Positions 37,766 to 50,727 of a stretch of 64,000 nucleotides of DNA are shown piece by piece. Each line of letters begins with the position of its first letter. The stretch's first letter is position 1. Location of the stretch: the NCBI RefSeq assembly GCF_006345805.1, contig NC_043000.1, positions 125,922,001 through 125,986,000 of the forward strand, written 5' to 3'. The position numbers and the translations under genes are program-made. The notes under the pieces were generated by a model. It had not been told where the DNA came from, did not search any database, and worked only from the letters and a program-made list of their open reading frames with translations. The stretch comes from Octopus sinensis. Its lineage: Eukaryota.

Positions 37766-38111
37766 GACAAAATAAACAGTAAAGGGAATATTGATCATAA
37801 TCGATGGGTGTGGAGTTATTGATTGAGATGATTTTTTTTTTTGTTTTTTCAAAGTATGACAAATAAATGGAGATCCTTTAAAAAGATGAAATTTCAAATA
37901 GGAGATTATCCCAATCAGGGATAATGAGGGAAGCTTCAAGTTGAGTCTCTCAAAAATACTACAGTATCTGTTTGAAACTCAATATGTATTTGATTTCATT
38001 TTGGTAACTCTTGCGAAGCACAAAAAAGACCCTTTATATCTAAATTTTCATTAACACATGTATACATACATTGACACACAAACACATCTATGTATGTGTC
38101 TTCTAGTATCA

Positions 38112-38151
<40 letters not shown>

Positions 38152-41100
38152 GTGTGTGTGTGTATATATATTAAAATGTATTTACTGGGAGAACTTTTTT
38201 CATATTTGTTGTGTATTGCATCTCTCTCCTCTCTCTCTCTTTTGTTTCTTCTATGAGAAGAGTATACCCAGGTGGCAAACACACAAATATTATCTTTATT
38301 TACTTTACAAAATTTTCACTTTGTAAATGATTTACAAATACTTTTTTTTTTTTTGAAGTTAGTAAACCAACTTGAATAGACATTTAAAAAAAATAAAATC
38401 AGTTTCAAAGAAAAATAATTCAGTAAACAAAATCAAACTAAATCAATGTATTCTATATTATTATTATTATCATTATGATGTCTATTTTTGGTACTGCTTT
38501 TGTTTCTTCCTCAAACCTTTACTATATATTATTCCCACCAAACAATGGTATTAGAATGTTTGGAACTTTTTGGTTTGGTTTATAATTTGGGTTTCTTTTT
38601 TTGTTTTTGGGTCTTTTTTTTTCCTGTTACCAATTATTTTAAGATGTTACAAACTAGAAATAACTATTTTAAAAGTTAAAAATATAATTTTGTACATACT
38701 ATATTTATATATTTTCTCTCACACCTTATATTGCCTTTCCTTAAAATTCTTGCAACTAGTTTGCTTCACCTCCTGCCACCCTCTATTAAAAATCATTGAT
38801 TATAACAGCATCATATCCTGTTTCCACCTTCTGTCTCTGTTCCTGCTCCTGCTCCCTCTACCATAGTTTTCATTCTTCGTCTCCTGCATGTGCGGAAAAT
38901 GATATTCCCAAAATAATGGATGCTTGGAAAACTGCAGTAATGTTCAATTAATGGAACATCACCTATCTTTCACAGTCACCTGTTGACACTAAAATTCATA
39001 TCTTGAAATAATGTCTGATTATAAATTCAAACTTTTTTCCCCGCTTCTAGATTTCAATCACATATATTCCCACACACATGCCCAAGCTTAGATGATGTGT
39101 CTACTTACACATATGGCCATGCGTAGACCATGTGTATCTGCACACACATAATTCCACACATACATTATATAGTTGTCTGCTCACCCATATGCCCAATCAT
39201 GCACTACATACATACATAAATACATACACACACACATACATACATATGTTCATACCATGCGACTACTTCAGTGTTATATCTGTCAATAAGTATTGATTTC
39301 TCTTGACAAGGTTCAAGTCCAGTTTTTGTTATAGCTGGCTGTTGTTAGAGTTGGTTAAACCAATGCCAGTTTATTACTGGCAATTATTTTGTTGGCCTTG
39401 AAGGAATGAAAAGTAATGCTTATTCTAATGTAATTTGAACACAAATGTTGTGGCATAAAAACACAAAACACACACTGTAATACATTTAGTAAGATGTTTA
39501 TTGTTACTGCCTACTTCAATGTTAAAATAACTATTGGAATTTCTTTGTTGGGAATGTTATTTCTTGTATTTTTGCACTTTTTTTTTTTGGTCTGTCATGA
39601 ATTAGTCAGAGAAGGAAATGCAGTAGCAGTCATGACTTTTGAAAGCCACACTACTAGACTGATGCGATTGCATGAAGGTGATATCCACCCTGAATTATCT
39701 GTCTCAACAATATGGATGTGGTGTGGCACCAGTAGTTTAATCATAATGCTTGCCACAGTGTGAACTCTGCTAAAGACGCCCAAGAACACGATGAGAAGTG
39801 TGCTGTTGTTCAGTTCCCCCCTCCCCATCCCTGGATAGCATACTTCAACTAAAAGACATTCCAGCTGTGACCATTCCATAGTTCTGAATTATCACTAAAT
39901 TCATCTGGTTGCTGTACAGGTGGCACGTAAAAAACACCATTTGAGCATGGCCGTTGCCAGTACCACCTGACTAGCCCCATGCCGGTGGCACGTGAAAAGC
40001 ATCCACTACACTCTCGGAGTGGTTGGTGTTAGGAAGGGCATCAAGCTGTAGAAACTCTGCCAGATCAAGATTGGAGCCTGGTGCAGCCATCTGGTTCGCC
40101 AGTCCTCAGTCAAATTGTCCAACCCATGCTAGCATGGAAAGCAGATGTTAAACGATATTAATGATGATGCATTGTTTAACCCCATGACAATGGTTTTTTA
40201 TCAGACAATTAGGTTGCACTGATGGTGATCAGCTCAGCCAAGATCAGTAATTAGCACATGACAACTGTTCGGCATATATTTACATCAACAGCTTTAAAGC
40301 ATGCACTGTTTATTTATGTAAACTGTCGTCACTGTGAGGATTGTAAATTCAATGAAACTGGCATGGCTGGATGCAACTATAAATTCCATGAAGACCAGAA
40401 GAATTCACTGAGCGTGTATGAATTTGATTGAAAGTCATAGTGGAAATGGTGGTTACACCACCTGTTCCACTATGACTTCCTATCAAATTCGTACAAGTTT
40501 TTATACTATTGTGGTGATGAAGTCTCGAACTGAGTTGCAAATACTTACATGAAGAGTCTAACAAACCTATCAGATATATTGAAATTTGCACGGTAGCCTC
40601 TATTATCGATTCCATAAGCGATAGCAGACATTTATATCAACCGGTACACAAAAGGTGCAAAACCACAGCAGATAAAGCTGCATGTATTTTCATCATCTGA
40701 TTCAAAGCAAAACCACAGCGCACGTAAATTTACATCAACTGATGTTATGGGGTTTAATGTGTGTCATTTTTTTTCCCCCTCAATTTGTGAATAATAGCAT
40801 GGTGCAGTTGAGTACAGGTTTCTAAGAGACTCATCACTCGTCCATTGCATTTCTGGTCAGGAAGGGTTGTCTGTAGCAATAGGCTTCGTTCAAAGAACAG
40901 CTGTTTCTCACCAACGTTCACAGTTTTCTCTAATATACACATACAAGATATAAATAGTGTTTGTTTGTATGTGTGTGTGTGTGTGACTGCAGACATTGCT
41001 GTATGGTTAAAAAGTTCACTTCACAACTTCGTGGTCTCAGATTCAATATCACTGCACAACATTTCTTCTACTATAGCCTTGGATGATATAATGTCATGAG

Positions 41101-43471
41101 AGGAAACTGCATGAATCTCCTTGTATGTGTGCACTAGAAGCCTTACCAAAACAAACAGTCAGAGCCTAGGCAGCTCTCCAGCTAGCCAGCTCCTATCAAA
41201 CCATCCAACCCATACCAGCATGGGAAGCAGACATTAAATGATGATGATGATGATGGATAGTAATATTACATGCAGATGTCCATCAATGTTTGTAGATTCT
41301 ATTTTTATCATCATTGGAGGGAAGTGGTACTGATGTTGACATTCCTTTTTGACGTTATGACTGGTCACTCTATATTTTCAAAGACTTGTGGTATAAAGAT
41401 GTCCCTTACTAGAAAAACAAGTAAGGGCTGGCAGTAGGGAGAGTATCAAGCTGTAAAATCATTCCCTAAATTCATCTCCATCCAAATTCATGGCAAAATG
41501 GATTTTAAAACGAAGAAAATTAAATATATATGGCAGGCTTCCAAACAGTTTCCTACTATCAAGTCTCCACTTGTTCCCAAGGTAATATTTCCCCATGAGC
41601 TGACATATTTATGCAGAATAATGGAATTGAATAGGATTATTTATATGACAGAGACACTCACAACTCTCATGTAACATCAAGACAAGGAGACACAAACACA
41701 CACACACAATGGGTTTTTGTTCAATTTCCATCTACTGCATCCACTTAGCAAAGCTATGGTAGAGGACTCAAGGTATCACATAGTGGAACAGAACCCCATG
41801 CTATATAGTTTGAAGGTAAACTTCTTAACCACACAGTCACACCTGTGTCCATAATAAAAAATCAATTCCAAATTTCAACTCATAAAAATAATGCTGTCTT
41901 CACTTGTCTTGGAGACAGACGAAGACAGCATTATTTTTAGATTTTACAGGTCATAATCTTCATTAAAATTTTGACAATATTTTCTCACTGAATTTTCCAT
42001 CTTTAGTACAGTCTGGATATTTCTATGCAATCAAATAGTGACTGTTATTGAAGTGAATGTTTTTCCAGATGGATTGCATTTAGCAATCAGTTTTTCGAGT
42101 TGGCATTCTCCTAAGGTTGGGAGAATGACGTGTCTTGCCTGAGCAAATACGATATTCTTATGTTCTTCACTTCCACATGACATTTGGGTTTTCTTTGGTG
42201 CAAGGCAATTTGTGTTCTTTTCTTTCTTTATTTTTTTTCCTTTTTCTTTCTTAAAGAAAAGCTGTCTATGCTTTTGAATTTCATAGCTCATTTTGTATAA
42301 CATCTTTTAAAGCCGTATAATTCATGCATGAAACTACAAGCTTGTACATGTGTATTTGTATGTACCTACTGCCTGCCTTATCCATTCTGAAATACTAAAT
42401 ACCAGAATTTCTTGTGAACTGCTTATGACATGTAATCTTCGGTGTAAAACCAAAATAAAATAATCAATATTTGTCCATGTGTAACTCGAACTAGTTTCTA
42501 TGAGCTTTCATCTTTTGTAATTTGGTTGTGACTGTGTGGTAAGAAGTTTGCTTCTCAAGCACAAGGTTCCAGTTTCAGTCCCACTGCATGGCACCTTGGC
42601 CAAATAGCTCCAGGTCAACCAAAGCCTTATAAGTGGATTTCGTAGACAGAAACTGAAAGAAACCCATCATATGTGTGTGTGTGTCTTTGTCCCCTGCTAC
42701 TGGTGTCGGCGTGTTTACATCCCTGTAACTTACGGGGTCAGCAAAAGAGAATGATAAAATAAGTACCAAGCTTAAAATAAAAATAAATATTGGAGTCAAT
42801 TCATTTGACTAAAAATTCTTCAAGGCAGTGCCCCAGCATGGCCACAGTCAAATGACTGAAACAAGTAAAAGATAAAAGATTCCAATGCAAGAAAAGATAA
42901 AAATTACAGTGTGAATGGAACACTTTTGTTGTTCTAAGTCTTCTAAATATGATCTCAATAATTATGTTGGTTTGTCTCCTCCCTCTCTTGAATGCATTCC
43001 AATTTCAAATTGATAAAGTTAATTATTCAATTGTAGAATCAACATAACTGATAGAGCACTAGTTGAAAAGCAAAAGTTGGAGAGATTATATACAAAGAGC
43101 AAAGATCTCAGTCTTGCGAAGCTCTGCTCTCAAGTAAATTTAATGTGTAACTTCTTTAACTATGTTAAAGAAAATGATACATGCCAAAAAAAAAAAAAAA
43201 ATATATAGCAAAATTCTTATTATACATTTCTACTTTCTTTTTTATATTTATTAAATTCAATATTTCTTAAGTAAATTCAATAAGAGAAGACTTATAATGC
43301 TTTGATTTGACTATCAGCTATCGGGTAACTAATTAATTGAACTTGTATGGCATCTTTTCATTTCTTTTCAATCACATATTAATACTGTTTTGTTAAAAAG
43401 AAATCATTTTCAAAGTAATTGTTTTAAAATTTAATAACATATTTGTATTTTATTATTATATTATATATATA

Positions 43472-43513
<42 letters not shown>

Positions 43514-43528
43514 GTCCTATTATTGTAG

Positions 43529-43638
43529 AACCTGTGTCAATGGCTCTGTGATACATCAGAAAACTAAAGTCAGAAATGGCGACCGAATTCTCTGGGGGAA
43601 TAACCATTTTTTCCGGATAAATCTACCAAGACCCAACA
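43529..43638 (+). CDS. KIF13A/B: KIF13-type kinesin exon: C-terminal part of the FHA domain
   Basis: A long poly-T tract and ttgtAG end at 43528; donor GTaagc starts at 43639. The 110 nt (phase 2-1) encode (R)TCVNGSVIHQKTKVRNGDRILWGNNHFFRINLPRPN. GDRILWGNNHFFRINLP is the motif recalled for KIF13A/B. Confidence 0.97.
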
Positions 43639-43872
43639 GTAAGCTTGAAAATGTTTTCTACATCGGATATTATGTATAGTTGTTGTTGGTTGTTACAATA
43701 TTTGTGTGTAAACCTTATGAAAAACCAGCTGCCTATCCAGGGAGAGACTAATTTCACATTTGTTTCATGCTGTAGAGCTTAGAACTGATCTGAACTTTGC
43801 AATGACATCAAACAACAACAATAAATCCTAGTTTCCTCCAAATATATCAAAACCATCTAAAATATTCCTTAA

Positions 43873-44087
43873 CCCCTTAGCATTTAAACTGGCCATATCA
43901 GCCAAAATATTTTACCTGCTTTGTGTTCAAATCAGCTAGATCAGGCCTCTCACACCTACCCTACAATGTTATTCTAAAAGTAAGCAATCACATCATCAAA
44001 ATCTCAGAGCAACCAGGTAATGCCTGATTAATTCAAGACAGTGTTAATAAGTATTACATTTAATGGAGAAATCTGAATATTAAAGGG
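43873..44087. mobile_element. Second piggyBac-type MITE family, ~235 bp downstream of the FHA exon
   Basis: TTAA (43869-43872) CCCCTTAGCATTTA ... TCTGAATATTAAAGGG TGAA (decayed TTAA). Confidence 0.6.
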
Positions 44088-44685
44088 TGAAATATTATTT
44101 TATAACCTAATTTTATATTTATTTGAAATATGCATGGATGTTTATATCTGCAACTGCATGCACAAATGTGCAGTGATCAGTTTCTCCTGTCAACAAATCA
44201 TCTGGGCACTTTTTGCCTTTACATACATATGCTATGTGCATTCTCTTACTTTATAAGCAGGGAAAGGTTAGCATCAAGAAAGCCATTCTTCTGTAAAACA
44301 CTGCCTCAAATAATATACTCATCCAAACCATGCAAACATGGAAAAATGGATGTAAAACAAAGAAAACCTCTTGCAAATTATTATATGTATTGTTTCTATT
44401 TTTACTTGCAAAAAAAAATTAGAAAAGTTAGTATATAGCATATATATATATATATATACACACACCACACACACACATATATCAAATCCATCTCTTGAGA
44501 GACTTACATAGTAAAATTCTACTGTTAAATGGCCTATAATGTAAACAGCTTATAATTTTCACTTTTAACTGTTTTTATGCATGTTAAGTATATTTCTAGT
44601 ATACTTAAATTTTGAACATGTAATTCATATCAATTAGTAGAAACCTGATATATATAGCTATATATCTAGGAAAAAAATGTGTGTG

Positions 44686-44727
<42 letters not shown>

Positions 44728-45503
44728 CCCACTAACAACTCACAAACCAACCATAAACAAATTTATAACACAGACACACATACACAATTGAAAGAAATAC
44801 AAACACTATCCATACAAGCAATGCAAAAACAAAAAAAAACATTGAACAAACACTAGCACAGATATGCACACACACACACACACACATCAACCACCATTAC
44901 TGAGTTGTAACAGTTTCACCTGAAGATCACAGTGGTGTGAAACTACAGTCATGAGACTTTCAGTTTGATTTTCAATAGCAAAAACAACACTGTGTGTGTG
45001 TGTGTGTGTGTGTTGAAAAAAGTCTTAAATGGATCTTTATTGCAAGTTTTATTTACTTGTTTCTTACTTTCACCCTTCCTCTGAAACCCCATACTCCACC
45101 TTGAGTTTGTAGAATTAAAGAAATAAAGAGAAATATCTCAGATGTTGAACAGTGGGAAACTTAAAATAGCTTACTTTTATTTTTGGACATGATCCATGTT
45201 TGGAGTAAAACCTTCTGTAAACAGTAAAGGAATAAATTTTGGTGTTCATTACTCTTGCAATATTATACCTCAAGTTAATGATGTTGGATCACACAAAATA
45301 ATATTACCCTTTGACATTATATCATTTATAGCATATTTCTTAGGAATTTAACCTTTCACAGAAACAGAACCCCTAATTTCTCTATCTCTTCGCTTCCACA
45401 TAAAGAATGTTACTAGAAGCCCCTGTGATGTTTGTTTTTTTACCATTTCCAAAAGTTTACTAGTGCTAACATATTTTTCATATTTTACACACACACACAC
45501 ACA

Positions 45504-45540
<37 letters not shown>

Positions 45541-46166
45541 TGTGCATACACATACACGCTGACAGACACACAGTATGCACAATGTAGATGTAACAATATC
45601 GACAAAAGCAAATTTTGATATTTCCAGATTATATGGCTGATTGAATTGATAAGATCTAATATTTGCTCAGGTTGAGTAGACATTTTAGTTAAATCTGTAT
45701 TTGACATTATCAAATCCGTCTCCTGAGAGAGAGTTACATAGTTTATAATTCAGGTGTTAAATGACCTATAATGTAAATGTTTTTAGAATTTTCACATTTA
45801 ACTCTTTCATGCCTTTCAAGTATATTTCTGATATACTTAAATTTTGAACATGTGGTTCATAGCAATTAGTAGAATCCCAATATAGTTTATAGCTAGATCG
45901 ATATTTATGCTCTAAAACTTTGCATTGAAACTTACCGTAATCCTTTCATATTAAACCTGGTTTAAGCAAATAGTTTATATTCTTATCAACCATAAAAGTT
46001 AATTCTGTGAGAAATGTAGATCTTTTAAGAACTTTATTTTTATCTTAATTCAAAGATTACTTCCTCTTTTTTTTTCTTTTTTTTTTTTGTACTTTTTGAA
46101 CACTTATGCTTAGTAATTTTTATATTGAGTTTTTCCCCCCTTCTTTTTTCCTCCATTTTTCAACAG

Positions 46167-46313
46167 ATACCTTGCCTCCATTAGTTTCTGAGCCTGAACA
46201 ACATATTGACTACGATTTTGCCCAGCAGGAATTAATGATGAAGGAACTTAGCAATGACCCCATCCAAGAAGCTATTTGTGCCATTGAAAAACAATACGAA
46301 GAAGACAAACAGG
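46167..46313 (+). CDS. KIF13A/B: KIF13-type kinesin exon: post-FHA linker and start of coiled coil
   Basis: Pyrimidine tract plus caacAG ends at 46166; donor GTaatt starts at 46314. The 147 nt (phase 1-1) encode (N)TLPPLVSEPEQHIDYDFAQQELMMKELSNDPIQEAICAIEKQYEEDKQ, resembling the KIF13 DYxFAQxE...NDP...LEqQhEEEK segment. Confidence 0.93.
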
Positions 46314-47008
46314 GTAATTCATTATGTTTTTGTAATTGTTTTTTTTTTTTGTTTTGTTTTTTTTAATTTTTTAAGTTGCATACCTATTTTCTTTCTCACT
46401 TATTATTACCAGCTTTGGTTTTTAGCATGAAGATGTTTAATAAATGAGAACAAAATTGCTTCCACTATAAAAGTTTTATAAAGATTTTTAGAATTTCAAA
46501 GAAGTATTACTGCTTAAGTTGCTACTTAGTATGAAAAGAGTGGAAAATGATAATGTTTATCCTTTTAAAATTAAATTCAAAAGGAAGGTGTTCATATACT
46601 TTTATAAATTATATTTGAAAATAACAGATAAAAGGAATTTAAACTAATTTTATTTCAACCAAAATCATTTTTATTGAATCACTCATTAAGATTTTCATTG
46701 AATTTTAAACTGCCATCAGAAACCTTCTCAAAAGCTTTTCTTATGTAACTATATATTTCACAAAAATAAAAGTATATTGTAAGCATTTCAAAGGGTTTAT
46801 TGTAGCATTACAACATATTTGTATTCGCTTTACATCACTATGGTGTATATTTACTTTATATTATTATGAAGTGTTTGTATTTCATTTCTCTTGCCACTTC
46901 TGGTATGAGTGCAAATTCTCTTATTACAAGTAATAAGCTGTTATATTACAGTTTCAGTGAAAAGTATTTTGTTTAAATCAGCTAAGAATATGTGACTGTC
47001 TGCTTTAA

Positions 47009-47230
47009 CCCTTTTGATACCAACCCAGCTGAAACTGCCTCTGGCTCTGTAGTACAAATGTCTTGTTTTCAAAAGTTCTGAATTAAAATCTTCCACCAAA
47101 CCTTAGTTGCAGTTTATGTTCCTAGCACTGGCTTAATGATAACTCAGTTATTTTACTAAATTCTTTGTTTTATTTAAAATTAATTGAAAGAAACGCAGAG
47201 CATCTCAAAATAAATACGGTAATGAAAGGG
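47009..47230. mobile_element. piggyBac-type MITE, 222 bp, TTAA on both sides
   Basis: TTAA (47005-47008) CCCTTTTGATACC ... GGTAATGAAAGGG TTAA (47231-47234). Confidence 0.8.
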
Positions 47231-47871
47231 TTAAGCAGAGTCACAATCACAGTGTCATTTTTTAGAATCAGCTGCTAAAGATGCAGGCATAGCTATGTGG
47301 TTAAGAAGTTCATTTGACAACCATATGGCTCCAGGTTCAATACCAGTGCACAGCACCTTGGGCAAATGTCTTCTGCTATATCTCCAAAAGCCTTTTGAGT
47401 GGATTTGGTAAATAGAAACTGAAAGGAGCATCATCATCATCATCATTTAGTGTCCGTTTACCATACTGGTTTGGGTTAGATGGTTTGACTGGAACTAGTA
47501 AGCCAAGGTGGTGCTCCAAGTTCGAGTCTGTTTTGGCTTGGTTTCTTTGTCATCCATTCCATTGAGTGTACTGAGTGTCTTTAATGTGTCACCAGCATGG
47601 GTTCCTCTCATGTGTCACCAGCAGAATATACATGTTTGCATGTGTGTATGAACACAAGCAACTATATTCTATGTCTGTTTACATTTGTATGTCTCCAAAA
47701 GTTGCAGAATCACAAGTGGTGACATTGTTGGAATTTGCCAGATTCCTTACTTGAAAAACAGGTAACATATTTAGTGATAGGAAGGGCATCTGACTATAAA
47801 ACAATGCCTCAACAATATATTCATCTAACCAAAATTTCGGACCTTGTTCCAAGAGTAGAAAAGAATATTTA

Positions 47872-48470
47872 AAGGCGGCAAACTGGCAGAAACGTTAGCA
47901 TGCCAGGTGAAATGCTTAGCCGTATTGCGTCTGTCTTTATGTTCTGAGTTCAAATTCCGCCAAGGTCAACTTTGCCTTTCATCCTTTCGGAGTCAATTAA
48001 ATAAGTACCAGTTATGCACTGGGGGTCTGTGTAATCAACTTAATCCGTGTGTCTGTCCCCTCTGTCTTTAACCTCTTGTAGGTAGTAAAGAAATGGGTAT
48101 TTTGTCTGTCTTTATGTTCTGAGTTCAAATTCCACCAAAGTCGACTTTGCCTTTCATCCTTTCGGAGTCGATTAAATAAGTACCAGTTATGCACTGGGGG
48201 TCTGTGTAATCAACTTAATCCGAGTGTCTGTCCTTGTTTGTCCCCTCTGTGTTTAGCCCCTTGTGGGTAATAAAGAAATAGGTAGTAAAGAAATAGGTAT
48301 TTTGTCTGTCTTTATGTTCTGAGTTCAAATTCCGCCAAGGTCGACTTTGCCTTTCATCCTTTCAGGGTTGATAAATTAAGTACCAGTTGCATACTGCTGT
48401 CGATCTAATCAACTGGCCCCCTCCCACCAAATTTCGGGCCTTGTGCCTAGAGTGGAAAAGAATATATTCA
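47872..48470 (+). mobile_element. SINE family A, three-unit copy
   Basis: One head, then a ~200-bp unit (GGTATTT.GTCTGTCTTTATGTTCTGAGTTCAAATTCC...GTAGTAAAGAAAT) present at ~47910, ~48095 and ~48296, then the tail AAATTTCGGGCCTTGTGCC. Confidence 0.85.
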
Positions 48471-49011
48471 ATTAAACCATGCTAGCAAAGCAAAGAAGAA
48501 GCGCATAAAAGAAAAGAAAGACAATGATTTTTATGTGAATATTCTTATTCATTATAAACGCCAAAATGGTAGATACTTTGGATCATATTTCATCAGTGAT
48601 CCTCCTTCTGTCTTCTATCTCAAACTTGCAATGTATAATAATATCATCTATTAATTTTTATTTCTTTAGAATATACCAGAATTGACTTGGTGTATGATTA
48701 AACAGTTAGAGAAAGAAGTACATGACAGATGTAGCTAATGATTGCCAACAGAAATCAATATTTAAATCTACTGTGCTGAATTGGAAATCCAACTTTTTAG
48801 TATTTCTATTACTTAGAAACAACAAAAATGGTTTTGAAATTTTATCACTTTCACATGAATGAATCTGAGGATATTGGTTCTCACACAAATTCATTATTCA
48901 CACATGCACATGTGTGTATGTGTGTATAGCAGGAGAGAAATAGTGAGATATGTATATTTAATATAGATAGACACAAACACACACATATATATAAATGTGT
49001 CTGTATGTGTG

Positions 49012-49043
<32 letters not shown>

Positions 49044-50549
49044 TGTATAAACAATATAATAGATAATAGATATACACACACACACATATATATATATATT
49101 ATATATAGAGATAATGATGCATACATGTATATACAGATTTTTTTCATCTAATGAGCTTTACAATAATTTTTGTTAATACTTTTTACATGTTTTTTTTGTT
49201 CTTTTGGAGGGTTTTTTCCTTAGGAAGCAATTAAGATTGTTCTAATGTATTTTTTCTCAATCTTGTCATGCCGAATATTATTAAAAATTTTGTTTTACAT
49301 ATTTTGGTATTACATGTATCTATAAACAGATGTATTTCATGTTAATCTTTCAGTTATTAAATTCATATTTTTGTGTGTGCATGCAAGTGTGTGTGTGTGT
49401 GTGTGTACACGCATGTATATGTGTGTGTATATTTTAAATATACTCTTCAATTACTGCTTTAATTACAATTTTGGTTTGCTGAATCTCCAGAATGTTCTGT
49501 TTCATTAAATATATCTACGTACCTAGGGTTCTATGCTTCTCTTCAGATGAAATTAAAATTGATTCTTGGTTTTTCAAAATCTTCAGAACTATCTGTTTTT
49601 CAAAGAAAATTGTATTACCATCTTTAAAGAAATTTCTTCACAAGCATTGTGCTTCAATATAAAGACAAATTTACTTAAAAATTAACAATACAGTGGAAGT
49701 GCAGTGTTTTTTTCTGTTTTTTTTTTTCTTTTTCTTTCCTCTTCTCATTGACTGTTCTCTTTTGAAGTACAAATCCAGAAAACTATCTCTTTGCATATTT
49801 CTATGGAAGATTAACTAGGACAGCTAAATATAATTGAGTATATAAGTAAACAGATATACCTATGGATGTGTTTGCAGTCAAATGTCTCTGTTTTGTCTCT
49901 TTCAAGCTTTACAGAGTAAAGGCTAGTTCAATATTTGTTTCTCCGGAAACAATAGATCTCTTCCGTATTTGATATTGGACTTTCTATGTTTCTTAGATTA
50001 CAATTCCTCTAGATATTGTTCATTATTGATGTTTTATAGATAAGTTATTAGAAGCTTTATGCTGAATTGTTTGATTCTTGCTGACTGTATGGGAATCAAT
50101 AATTCATTAAAAACAACTTCCATTGCTTTTATTCAAAGCTCTACTTATCCCTTTCATGCTTAGAAACTTTATCAATATGCACAACACACAACAGTTTTGT
50201 TCACTCAGCCACTCAGTTTTTCATTTAATTTTTTTTTTGTCTTCCTGTAAATGCCATTAAAGGGTTACCTAGTTTCCACAGACCATTGGTTTATAAACTT
50301 TTTAATGCTATTTCTAAATTACTCTACTTTATCAATAGTCTTTTGAAAAAAAAAAAACCTATATCATATTTCATCTTCATTGCCATTCTCAATTTTTTCT
50401 TTCTGTCTTTTTTTTTTTTTACCTGTTTGTAAATCTTGTACTACTTGCCAAAACCATGTTCCCCGCTGGTCTTTCACTTAAATTGCTTAGACTTTTGACT
50501 TTAGCACTTTCTTCATGTAATATGTGGTATTTCTCTAATTTTCATACAG

Positions 50550-50727
50550 AGGCTCTTGAACGGCAGAAGCAAATGTATGAAAGGCAAATGCAAATGCTGC
50601 GCAGCCAGTTAGTATCACCAAGTACACCTTCATTTCCATTCCCCTCATTTGACCTGAACCGAATGACACCAGGCAACTCTACACAGAGCAGTATACAACG
50701 CAAGTACCAACAGTGGGCACAAGAAAG
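50550..50727 (+). CDS. KIF13A/B: KIF13-type kinesin exon: coiled coil (ALERQ...MYE...WAQER)
   Basis: Acceptor ttttcatacAG ends at 50549; donor GTaaca starts at 50728. The 178 nt (phase 1-2) encode (E)ALERQKQMYERQMQMLRSQLVSPSTPSFPFPSFDLNRMTPGNSTQSSIQRKYQQWAQE(R), matching KIF13 ALERQRxMYE...QWAEER. Confidence 0.95.
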
